A stretch of 64,000 nt of DNA, taken from the NCBI GenBank assembly GCA_965203465.1, contig CBDBCR010000001.1:608001-672000 (forward strand), written 5' to 3'. The stretch is from Nitrosopumilaceae archaeon. GTDB taxonomy: Archaea; Thermoproteota; Nitrososphaeria; Nitrososphaerales; Nitrosopumilaceae. Within the stretch, counting starts at the first letter, position 1. Every line of letters begins with the position of its first letter. Under the pieces are notes generated by a model. It was not told where the DNA came from. It saw only the letters and a program-made list of their open reading frames with translations, and did not search any database. Position numbers and translations under genes: made by a program. This document shows positions 35,810 to 46,300 of the stretch, piece by piece.

Positions 35810-36481
35810 TCACTCGTGGCCCAGGACGTACCCGTCTATCGTTATGGTGCGGTCCTCCGTGTTGTGGACCACGATGCTGGAGCCGGCCCTGACGGTGCAC
35901 GTGTTGTGGTAGGCGTGCCACATCTGGCCGTGCCCCTCGCACGTGTAGTACCTTCCGACGCGGTCGCCCACAAAGCCGCCGACGTCGGTTTCGGGCGGGA
36001 GCACGTATATCCTGAACCCGTCGTATTCGTGATCCGTGGAGAAAGAATAGTAGACGGGGCCCCTGTTGCATACGGTGTACGTCATGTACCACCCGGACTG
36101 GAGGTCTTGGCCGGTGCTCCGGTATTCGGACGAGCACCGCGCCGCGGATCCCGGCTGCGCGCCCGCGTACTCTTGGACGGAGAACCTCTCCCCGCGCGTG
36201 ACGGCGCCGTTGGGGTTCTTGAACCCGTCGGCGCCGTACATCTGCGCCACCGCGGCTAGGCTGAAGGCCGACGGCGTCTTGGCCCTGGATTCCAGCCTGT
36301 CGCACGTGGGAACGCCGTTCTCCGCGCTGCACATTATGTCCCCGGTCTTGTTGAACGCGTGCCCCAGCCCCACGGCGTGGATGAACTCGTGGGCGGCCGT
36401 GGCCGAAACGCCCGCGTCTGATCTGCGCTGCCCCTCGGACGTGGAGCACACCACCGTCTGGACGGGCTTTTCGCCGGTCAT
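35810..36481 (-). CDS. Matrixin/M10-like zinc metallopeptidase, probably N-terminally truncated
   Basis: HEFIHAVGLGH (HExxHxxGxxH) and Met-turn DIM; the frame continues upstream without a signal peptide or clear start. Confidence 0.7.
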   Translation of the reverse strand: MTGEKPVQTVVCSTSEGQRRSDAGVSATAAHEFIHAVGLGHAFNKTGDIMCSAENGVPTCDRLESRAKTPSAFSLAAVAQMYGADGFKNPNGAVTRGERFSVQEYAGAQPGSAARCSSEYRSTGQDLQSGWYMTYTVCNRGPVYYSFSTDHEYDGFRIYVLPPETDVGGFVGDRVGRYYTCEGHGQMWHAYHNTCTVRAGSSIVVHNTEDRTITIDGYVLGHE

Positions 36482-36879
36482 GTACGCGACCCCGTAATAG
36501 TCCGCGTCGTCCGGGACCGTTTGCGCGCACGGCGGTATTTTCCAGAGCCTATGCGTAACCCTGCTTTTGTCCGGGCTACCGTGCCGCGCACGCGCAAAAC
36601 GACAGGGCGGCTTGCGATCTGCGCGCGGAGACGTAGACCGCAGCGCGTTGTCTGCTGATCGCGCCGTCCGTTCTGGCCAAAGCTAGCGCACCGCCGGATC
36701 CCGGCGGCCTTGCAAGAAACCGCGCGCAGGCCCGCAGCACGGCAGCGTACCGCGCGCACGGCGGGTCTGGGGGATCCCGGCGGGAGCCCCGAGCGTCGGC
36801 GCCTTCGGCGCCGCTTGGGGATCTCCCTGCGCCGCTGTTTCACCCGTTGCCCGCCTTTTGCCCGTCGGCCATCTGGCAG

Positions 36880-37420
36880 TTTCTGGGGCGCTTTTCCATT
36901 CTGCGGAACGCCAGATCGCCTGGCACGCGCATCTGGGCGCCCCCCGGCCATGCTGGGAAAGACCCTAGCCAGCTCTACCGCCGTTCGACGCAGCGGGCTA
37001 TGCCAAGCCGGGCGCGGCCGCTCCGCAGATGCTTCTGCGCCTGTTGACTGCGACCAGCGCGTTGATCGAGATCTCGTTCTTGCCCGAAAACTCCTCCCCC
37101 GATTCTTTTCGCCCCTTGGCGCCGGTGCGGATTGCGCGCGCCGCCCACCAGCAGGGCGCAGTGGGATCCCGACGGCGCGACGTTTGACCCGTTCCGGCGT
37201 CCGGCGATCGCCTCGGAAATCGCCTTGGCCGCGGGGGATCTTTTCCAGCGCCTGCCTGTCGAGCGCGGGGTGCAGCGGGACGGCGCTCTGGACGATGCCG
37301 AACGCGGCGCCGAGTGCCCCTTGGCGCATGCCGGTGGAGGCGTACTGGGCTGAGGAGCGGCGCGTGGCGCTTGTACAGCTTGCGCCTGTTGCCCGGGATC
37401 CGACGCCGGGCATCCCTCCA
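36880..37420 (-). mobile_element. Heavily degraded IS5-like (HTH_Tnp_4/DDE_Tnp_4) transposase relic
   Basis: Fragments in different frames: GNRRKLYKRHA, YASTGMRQGALGAAFGIVQSAV (HTH), ALEKI, FSGKNEISINALVAVN (YSGKK-like). Confidence 0.5.
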
Positions 37421-37737
37421 CGAACGGGGGCGTCCTGCCCGTCTCGCCGCGCCGCCCAAAGAGGTGCGCGCACTCTCCCCCGCAGATGCCCGAACGGGCG
37501 TGATCTCCACCCCTCGGCGCGTTGTCGAGCGCCTCGGACGCGTGCACCCGCCCCGGATCCCCGCGCGCCGTGCGGCCGACGGCGGGGTCGGACTTGCAGA
37601 GGCTGGGTTTCGCCTCGAGCGCCGCCTCCCGCCCCATGCGCGCCGCCTGCTCTCGCACGATCGCGTCCCGCGTAGCCGCACGCGGTCGCCGCGTCGGTCT
37701 TTGGCGGCCGCAGTCAAGAAAAATTGAGCTCGTGCGA

Positions 37738-38007
37738 TTACGCATAACCCGTAACTACTTCTACGTCCCGTTTGTTGTACATTATGCTGTTGCCGAAAAC
37801 GACGATGTCGGTGGTGTGCGTGGCTCTGTTTGTAATCGTGACGGTGTATTCCTCTGCGGGACCGTAGTGGATTTTCTGGTTCTGAAGCAGCGGTATCCTT
37901 ACGACCGGCGTCGTCGAATTTTTGATCGCCTCTGCCTGCTTCGAATCGAGCCCGTCGATCATAACGAACCGCTCTACGTAGTACCCCTTACCATCGGATC
38001 GGCTCAC
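37738..38007 (-). CDS. Hypothetical 89-aa beta-rich protein
   Basis: Low-GC ORF VSRSDGKGYYVERFVMIDGL...EVVTGYA; CTATTAT box about 25 bp upstream. Confidence 0.55.
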   Translation of the reverse strand: MSRSDGKGYYVERFVMIDGLDSKQAEAIKNSTTPVVRIPLLQNQKIHYGPAEEYTVTITNRATHTTDIVVFGNSIMYNKRDVEVVTGYA

Positions 38008-38204
38008 GGGGCGGGGCGCCCGTTCCCGGCCATAATAGCATATCGTTCGCCCGGCATTTCGCCCCCTCTGGGGGGAGTGCCGCCCTTGGAAAATCCGCAC
38101 AGGACCGCGGCGGCCGACGCGGACACCCGGCGCGAATGCGCCTGCCACAACTGGCGCGAAACTTGGGCGATCGGAGGATTCCCGTGCGGGGCCAGAGACC
38201 GGCC

Positions 38205-38311
38205 ATGACGCGGATGAATACGGAGCCGGCGACAAAGCGGACTTGGGTAACCACGCAAACCATCGACCCAAACAAGGGTGCGCCGGATCAGAGAAAAAAC
38301 GGGCTCTTTGA
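38205..38311 (+). pseudogene. DNxxxQxNP microprotein, copy 3 (decayed)
   Basis: Aligns at DNA level with copy 2; ATG replaced by GCG, small deletions; reads EYGAGDKADLGNHANH...AGSEKK. Confidence 0.7.
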
Positions 38312-38643
38312 TGCGGGCGCCTGCCCGCATTCAACGTGCCCGACGAATGGCGTTTTCCGGAGCTGGAGATGCCGCGTGATCGTTCGGCGCCCCGATCTCG
38401 GGATCTGCGGCGCAGCCCGGCAGAGGCGGCGCAGCTGCGGGTTCCGGCGGCGCCCGCCTGGCCGCACCGGCCGGGCTACGGGCAGCCCGTTCGCCCCGTG
38501 TGTCGGACGGAGGCGAGCGGATTCCGGTCGTCTGCGCAGACCGCACGTTCGGGTTCCGTGGATGTCTCAAGGCCTCAAGACAGCCGCCTCCAGCGCACGC
38601 TGGCAAAATCGTGAGTGACTGACCAAGCGCGGCAGATCCGCGC

Positions 38644-39744
38644 CTAGAAAAAGCGACGCTCTTCGTCCGCGCGTGACTTTAGATCGCGGCACGGATCGCG
38701 GCCGGATCTCTCCCGGATCACGTCTAGCGATTCTGAGATCAGCTGTGGCGCGTTGCTGGATTCGAATTCGGCGTCAAACCCGGCGACGCACCCCTGTCCG
38801 TCTTTTGGAAAGATGTACGACTCTCCGTGATCGCCGCTAGCCGATTTACACTTTTGCTTGAACAGGTTGTCTGACAGATCCTCGACTACCGTGGGCGAGA
38901 TCACGATCAGCATCTTTTTGTCTTGTATGAATTCTCGGAAGACCTCATTGACGCTTTCGTCCCTGAACGAGCATCCGACCGCTATGCAGGCGTCCTGTTC
39001 CTTGAACTCTTTTTTCATAAGGCCGAATATTTCTGAAAACGGGTTCTCGTCTTCCTCGTCTTTTGGAGAACGGGTGGGCATGATCATGATGTCTTTTTTG
39101 ATGTTGGGCCCGCCGCTCAGTTCGGGGCTCATGATGATGCCGTACGTTTTGTGCAGTTTCCACTCCAGCGATCCGTGCAGTTTGTAGAGGCGCACCGGGT
39201 TCTTGGCGTTCTGCGTGCCAAAATCACCAGTCCATGCGCGACGGCCGTACCTCTCTGCAAAGCCGTCAACGCAAGTGCGTTCCGCCATGCGGCAGTACGT
39301 CTCGATGGCAGTATCGTAATTCGTGGTAAAAACGGTGACGGCGCCGGTTCGTGATTTCAGATCGCGGAAGATTTGATCGTAGGCATCCTGCAGCTTTTGA
39401 TCATGATCGTGGTTCCACGCATAGTGTGATTTGATGACCGATTCGATCTGGTTCTTCAACTCGGTGCACGACGGCCAAAAACCGCTCTGCGCGTCTTGAC
39501 TGCCCGGCATAGACGTAGACGCAAAAACCACTTTGCTCACGTCGGTCTTGCCGAACAGCCTTACGTCTTTGAGCGCCTGCAGGGCCTCTTCGATGTCCTT
39601 GAACCGAAGCTTGTCATCGAGGCGCTTGTAGAATTTGCCCGTCTCGGCGTCCAGGCGCTTGGGCAACAGCTGCAAGAATTCGGAGGTGGTGTGCTTGCCA
39701 AACATCGCCGACGCGCCCGCGCCAAGAAACAGCGAGACCTTCAC
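38644..39744 (-). CDS. SIR2-like (SIR2_2) NADase-family protein, copy B
   Basis: LFLGAGAS, FTTNYD, LYKLHGS, VGCSFRDE; colinear paralogue of copy A. Confidence 0.9.
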   Translation of the reverse strand: MKVSLFLGAGASAMFGKHTTSEFLQLLPKRLDAETGKFYKRLDDKLRFKDIEEALQALKDVRLFGKTDVSKVVFASTSMPGSQDAQSGFWPSCTELKNQIESVIKSHYAWNHDHDQKLQDAYDQIFRDLKSRTGAVTVFTTNYDTAIETYCRMAERTCVDGFAERYGRRAWTGDFGTQNAKNPVRLYKLHGSLEWKLHKTYGIIMSPELSGGPNIKKDIMIMPTRSPKDEEDENPFSEIFGLMKKEFKEQDACIAVGCSFRDESVNEVFREFIQDKKMLIVISPTVVEDLSDNLFKQKCKSASGDHGESYIFPKDGQGCVAGFDAEFESSNAPQLISESLDVIRERSGRDPCRDLKSRADEERRFF

Positions 39745-40022
39745 GGCGTAGGCCCCAGCGGCCTGCATATGAAAATTGCGCTGCTGGCGGGGGCCGCCCG
39801 GTACAGGATCGGGCCCGCGTCCGGGCGCCGGCCTACCTGCACGGGGCTCTCGCACCCTGTCTGTACCTAGCCGGCCGCTGCGGGTGCGGCCCCCGGACGC
39901 TGCCCGCGCCTTCGGCGCGCGCGGCCGGCTCGGCGAACATCGAGGATGTCATTCTGGGCGGCCTCCGGCCGGGCGCGGCTTTCGCGCCCGGGCCGGCTTT
40001 GAAAAACGCCGTCTGTATGCGT

Positions 40023-40139
40023 TCAGCGCTTCGTGTTCTTTTGCACGCTGCGGTTGTCTAGCATCGCCTTGTGCTCTGCGCTGTTCGGATTGAACGCGTC
40101 CGATCTCTGATCGTTGGGCGTTCTCTTGGCCGCTGCCAT
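40023..40139 (-). CDS. DNxxxQxNP microprotein, copy 4 (38 aa, two-motif form)
   Basis: MAAAKRTPNDQRSDAFNPNSAEHKAMLDNRSVQKNTKR: DQRSDAFNPN followed by LDNRSVQKN. Confidence 0.7.
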   Translation of the reverse strand: MAAAKRTPNDQRSDAFNPNSAEHKAMLDNRSVQKNTKR

Positions 40140-40311
40140 GCCCGGTATGCGCACCCGCTCCCATTCATTTCGTAGCTTTACGGGGCCGCAACGGGCCTGC
40201 CCGCGCCCGTTTTTCCGCGCTCGGCGTGCCGCTGGGCGCGCCGAGCCGTTTTTTCATTTAAATATGCCGGCTGCGGCTCTGCCGATATGCTCGGGACAGC
40301 TCGCGCCCTCT

Positions 40312-40391
40312 GGGGGGGGGTATCGCTTGAGGATCCCCGCTAGGCCGCCTTGGCCCCCGCATGCCGACGGTGCCGCGGGGGGGGGGGGGGG
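40312..40391 (+). repeat. Homopolymeric G9 (40312-40320) and G15 (40377-40391) tracts in the leader of the giant gene
   Basis: Read directly; they lie between an ATTTAAAT box (40257-40264) and the TTG start at 40400. Confidence 0.9.
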
Positions 40392-40399
40392 CGTAGCCC

Positions 40400-43300
40400 T
40401 TGGAAAACCTGCATAGGCTCGCGGCCGCCGCGGCGGTCTTTGCGGCTTTCGTACTGGCCGTCCCCCTGGCAGAGGCCACTACGCCCACCATAACGGGCGC
40501 CAAGGCCATCGCCCTAGACAAGATAGAGGTGACCTTCAGCGAGCCGGTAACTACCGCAAAGAACTCCGAAACGGGATGGACGGCGACCGGGGGGGATCTG
40601 GGCACCCTGCGCATAATAGACGGCACGTCCCTCAGTACTCCCAAAAACAAGGTCGTCTTTGAGCTCAGCGGAAAACTGCCGGACACGACGCCGACAGGCA
40701 TAACGCTCTCGTACTCTACGCAAAGCAACTGTGAACCAGTATGGGGAGGACAGCTATGCCGCACGATAGCCGACATCGAAGACGCCGCCGGCGACAGGCT
40801 GGCGTCGCGCTCTAACATACCCGTATCCGACGGCATCGCCCCCACCTTCACCGCCTCGGCCACTAGCACGACCGGCATAACCGTAGTCTTCAGCGAGACC
40901 GTAACCGGAACCGGCACGGTATCGGGCACCTGGACGCTGTCGGGAGACGACGCCGGCACCAGAACCGTAACGGGATCCGCGCCTGCGGGCAACTCGGTAT
41001 CCCTGACCGTATCGCCCGCCCTGACGGACCGCAGCCCCGACCTGCGCCTCACGTACAATCCGTCCTCCGGCGACCTGGCCGACAGCTCGGGCAACGAGCC
41101 GTCCGGCATCGTCAAAGTCTCAGACCGCATCAAGCCGCTAAAGCCGTCCATCACCACGCAGGCCGTCACCGTGACGTCGCCCTCGTTCGACGTGGCCGGC
41201 ACGGCCGAGGAAAACTCGGAGGTGGCAGTCTACGTCGGCGCCAGGGCCGAAAGCGGCGCCGCCAGGGCGGCCGGCGGCTCGTGGACAAAGACCGTCACCC
41301 TCGAGCCGGGCGCCAACTCCATAACCGCAAAAGCCACCGACAGGGCCGGCAACGAATCGGACGCCTCGGAGGCGGTCTCGGTCACCTACAACCCCACCGG
41401 GACCGTCATCACGACGGTGCCGTCCACGTTCACCTCCACGACGCAGACCATAGAGGGCAGGGCGCCGTCCGGCTCCTCGGTCAGCCTGTACAGGGCCGGC
41501 CTGAGCGCCGCGCTGGCCACCGGCGCGGCCGGCTCGGCCGGGCTCTGGTCGATACAGGTGGAGCTGGTCGCCGGCGACAACGTGCTCACGGCCGTCTCCA
41601 CGCAGGGCGGCGTCGACGTGCGGTCCGCGTCCGTAACGTTCGTGCTGGACACGGCCACGCACGAGCTGGCCGTCGTCTCGTCCATCAGGGACGAGGAGGG
41701 GGTGTTCGGCACGCTGGCGGCCCCCCGCGACGTGGAAATGTTCGAAAGAAACGGCAAGACCTACGCCCTGGTGGCCTCGGCGGCCGACTCTGGGCTGCAG
41801 CTCATCGACATGTCCGATCCCAACGAGCCCGACCCGGTAGCCTCGGTGGAGACCTCCGGGCTGCCCTTCGACGTCGAGATAGCCGAGGTAGGACAAAAGA
41901 CGTTCGCCATAGTGGCCGCGCACCGAAACGGCGCCGTCGACTTTGTGGACATCACCGACCTGTCCGCAATATCCAAGGTCAGGACGGTGCGCCACGACTC
42001 CCTGGATCCGGCCGGCGGGGGCTTTTTGAGGCTCGAAGGCGGCAGGAGCCTCGACCACTTTACGGTAAACTCAAAGCACTATATCATAGTGGCCTCGGAC
42101 GCGGGCAAGACCACGCTGGCCCCCGGCGGCTTTTTGATAATGGAGTTCAACGAGAACGTCAATACGGACGGCACCCGGACGGCGCCCAACTTCAAGCACG
42201 TGTACTCTAACCACCAGAAGCAGACCGACGAGAACGGGGCCGAGGTCGTGTACTCTGAGAACAGGGGCGGGTACGGCTCCGCCATATTCGATCCGCACGC
42301 CCGCTTCGACGCAGGGGCCAACGCCTTCGTCCCGGTCACCAACAGGGAGGGGATCCGCGGCTATCCGGGGACCTTCGACGTGCCGCGCGGCGGCGTGGCC
42401 ATCTACACGTGGGTGCTGAGCGTGGACAAGGATTCCAACTGGAAGAGCTTTCCGAACCGCGCCGACAACTGGAACTCGCTGACCGACAGCCAGGGGCGGC
42501 CTAGGACGGTCACCGCCGCCGGCTGGCCGGTCCCGCTGACGGGCAACATGGACAAGGTCGAGACGGCTCCCAGCAGGGTATTGGTGATGAACGACAACGA
42601 CACGCCGGCCGACAAGTCCGACGACTGGCTCGAGGCCTCGTTCGGGTACGGCTATTCCAAGGGGAGCATATTCCGCAGCCCGATATCGGAAAGGCAGGTA
42701 CCGAACGACGGGGGCAGCACGCTGGTGGCCGTCGACGCCAACGGCCGGCCGTTCGAAAAGCGCGGCCTCGACGCGGCGGGCACACTCTTCCCGGCGCTCG
42801 AGGGGGCCGGCTCGGTGGACACGTTCGCCGTGACAAAGGACGGCTCGACAAAGACGTACGCGGCCATCGCGGCCGAGGAGCTCGACGCGGTCCAGATAAT
42901 CGACATAAGCGCCCCGGCGGCCCCGCTGCACGTAGAGGCCGTATTCGACGGCGGGCGCGACGAGGCCGGCGGCCAGTTCCTCGAGCTGGACGGGGCCGCC
43001 GGCATAGAGGTAGTCACGATAAACTCAAAGCCGTACGCGGTGGTCGCCTCTTACCGCGACGACGGGTTCCAGATAATCGATCTTTCGGATCCCGGCTCGC
43101 CGCTGGCGGCCTCGTCGGGCGCCGACAGGCCCGGCCGCGCCCAGGGCGCCTATTCGACGCTCGACGGGCCCACCAGCGTCCACACCTTCGAGCACACGGT
43201 GGCAGGCGGCCAGAGGACATACGCCCTGTTCACGGCCGGCGGCTACGAAGACGACGGCGACGGGGGCGGCTTCCAGCTGGTGGACATCACCGATCCGGTC

Positions 43301-46300
43301 CGGCCGTACGCGACGGGCAGCGGCCGCGACGGCGAGAGGTGCTCGACCGCCGCCAGGTACAACTACCTGGGCGGGGCCAACTCGGCTGCCACCGCCGTCA
43401 TCGAGGGCAGGCTGTATTCCGTGATAGCGGGCATGGACGACGACGGCATACAGACGGTCCGCATGGACCTGTCCAGGCGCGGCTCGACGCTGACGGTGGT
43501 CAACGCGACCGCCGACGACACGGGCGGCTACTCTGCGCTGGGCGCGCCGCGCAGCTCCGAGATAGCCCAGATAAACGGCCGCACGTACATGTTCGTAAGC
43601 TCGTTCAAGGAGGGCGACGCGCTCGACGGCGCGCGCGTGGTGGGCAACGGGGGCGGCCTGCAGATAATCGACGTGACGAATCCGGCCGCCCCGCAGCCGG
43701 CAGCCTCGCTGATCGACACGGACAACACGCCGTTCGACATCCTCAGGGGCGTGGGCGACATAGATGTGTTCGAGGTGGGCGGCCGGCCGTACGCCATAGT
43801 CACCGCGCAGGACGAGTGGGCGTATTCGCCCGACGACGGCGGCCCCGCCAGCAGGGGCGGGTTTTTGATACTGGACGTCTCGGATCCGCACAACCCGCGG
43901 CGCGCCTCGGGCGTGCTGGCCGGGCAGCCCTACGGGGGCGGGGACACCGGCCAGAGCTCCTTCAAGATGTCGGGGCCCATCGGCGTGGACACGGCCAAGA
44001 TAGGCGCCAAGACCTACGCGGTTATAGCCTCGAACTACCAGCTGCCCGCGCACAATTCGGGCGTCTCCGTGGTGGATATTTCGAACCCGCGGCTGCCAAA
44101 GCCGGTGGAGTGGATAGCGGCCGGCTCCAGCGACGACTACGGCTCCCCGTACTCGGCCCTGGGCCGCACGTACGACGTGGAGATATTCAAGACCAATTCA
44201 AAGACGTACGCGGCGGTGACCAGCCCCAACAAGAACGGCGTGCAGTTCATAGACATATCGGCGCCGGGCGACCCGAGGGCCGCCGGCCACCGGATCCACG
44301 ACGCCCAGCTCCAAAAGGCAAGGACGGTCAGCACGATAACCATAAACAACTCACACACGGGCGACGAGCCCAGGACGTACGCCGTCGTGGTGGGTGGCAA
44401 CGATTACACCGAGGAGCTGCACTACCCGCTGCCGTGGGTGCCAGGCCGCCACACGGTCCCGTTCGGCTACATGACGGTCATAGACGCCACGGATCCGGCC
44501 AGTCCGTCCGTCGCGCGGAGCGTCAGCAAGGGGGGCAACGGCGCGCTGGGCAACTTTGACCTGGCCGGCGCGTGGGGCGTGGACGCGTACCACCTGGGGG
44601 CAAAGGCGTACGCGGCCGTCGCCTGCGGCTCCTACGTGTGGGGGAGCCACAACGAGTGCAACGGGGTGACCGTCGTGGAGATCACCGATCCCGACCAGCC
44701 GCGGCAGCGCGGCAGGCTCGTCGAGAGGCCCGCCGCCCCGTCGGCCGAAAACCACCTGCTCGACTCGCGCGGGATAGACACCTTCATCTCGGGCGCCCAG
44801 GCGTACTCGGCGTCGGGCTCGTTCGCCGACCAGGGGATACAGATCCTGAGGCTCAGCACGGTCCGGGACACCACGGCCCCGGCCATCGAAAAGGCGGCGC
44901 TCAACCCCGACAGGGGGATACTCGAAATAACGTTCAACGAGCTGGTCCGCGCATCGTCGGCCAACTTTGACCTGGCCGGCCTGTCGGTAAACTCGGTGGT
45001 AGGCCACAGCCCGGACGGCCGGCTCTCCGGGGCCGAACTTTTGACGGCGGCCGACGACACACTGATGCGCATATCGCTCTCGGATTCGGACAAGACGGCG
45101 TTCGCCGCCCTGTTCGCATCGACGCCGTACCCCCGGCTGGACGTGGCGGCCGGCGCCTTCGACGACCAAGACGGCAACGACGTGGAGGCCATACCCGACG
45201 TTACGATAGAAAAGCTCGAGACCTCGCCGGTGCTCCGCGAATCGTCGCTGGATCTGGGAACGGGCTTGGTGAGGCTCTTTTTCAGCGAGGCCGTCGACGC
45301 CACGCCGCCCTCGCGCGTGGACCTTGCAAAGTTCGAGATGTACAAACTCACCGACGTAAACGCAAAGATATCGCTCTCCTCGTCGAGTTTGGTCACGGGT
45401 TCTGACGACAGGACGCTGGAGATACAACTGGACGAGCCGACGAGGCTGTCCGTCGTGGAGCTCGACGCGGTGCCCGTCATTGACCTTGGCGAGGGGGCGG
45501 TGCGCGGCTCGGAGGGCGAGCACCTCTCCGATGCCTCTAGCGGCAACGTCTTCACCAGGGTGTACGAGGACCGCACCAGGCCGGAGCTGGTCTCGGCGGT
45601 GCGCGACGGCGGCGCGCTCGTGCTGACGTTCACCGAGCCGGTAAAGGTGGCCGCGGCCGACTTTGACCTGGATCAGATCATGTTCTACAGGCACGGGGAC
45701 CGCCCCGGCGCCACGTACCTGGCCGTCGGCCTCTCGAGCGCCACCGTCTCGACCGCCGAAGACTCCGAGACGGTCCGGATAACGCTCACGACGGCGCAGA
45801 CGAATGCCATGGGAAGCCACAAGGACTTGGTGCTCGAGATGGTGTTGGACGGGGGCCTGAGCGCCGTCGAGGACGTGACCGGCTACGGCATAGGCCAGGT
45901 GACAGAACCGCTGCGCAACCCCGACGGGACCGGGCCGGTACTGGATTCTTCCGAAGCGCCCGCCTTCGGCAGCACGGGCCGCACCTTGACCGTGGTATTT
46001 TCCGAAGGCCTGTGGACCGCAGAGACGGACCCCTCAAAGTTCCACGTGCGCGACGGGGCCGGCAACGCGAATACGGCGGGGCAGGTCACGCCGACCGAGG
46101 CGGAGCTGGAGGAGGGCATCGACGGCAGCGAGACGGTCCGGTTCGTGCTTTCAGAGGCCTCGGCGGCCCTGATAGAGGCCATGTCCGACCCCCACCTGTA
46201 CCTGGACTCCGGCGCCGTGCGCGGCTCGGACTCGGACCCGTCCGCCGCCGCGCAGGCTGGCCGCGACGTATCGGAGCCGGCCCAGGCCAGGCCCGCCATA

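Noticed and set aside
35673-36530. 643-aa SIR2 fusion ORF
   Set aside because: The upstream part is an off-frame reading of the metallopeptidase; copy B shows SIR2 begins at V(R/K)VSLFLGAG
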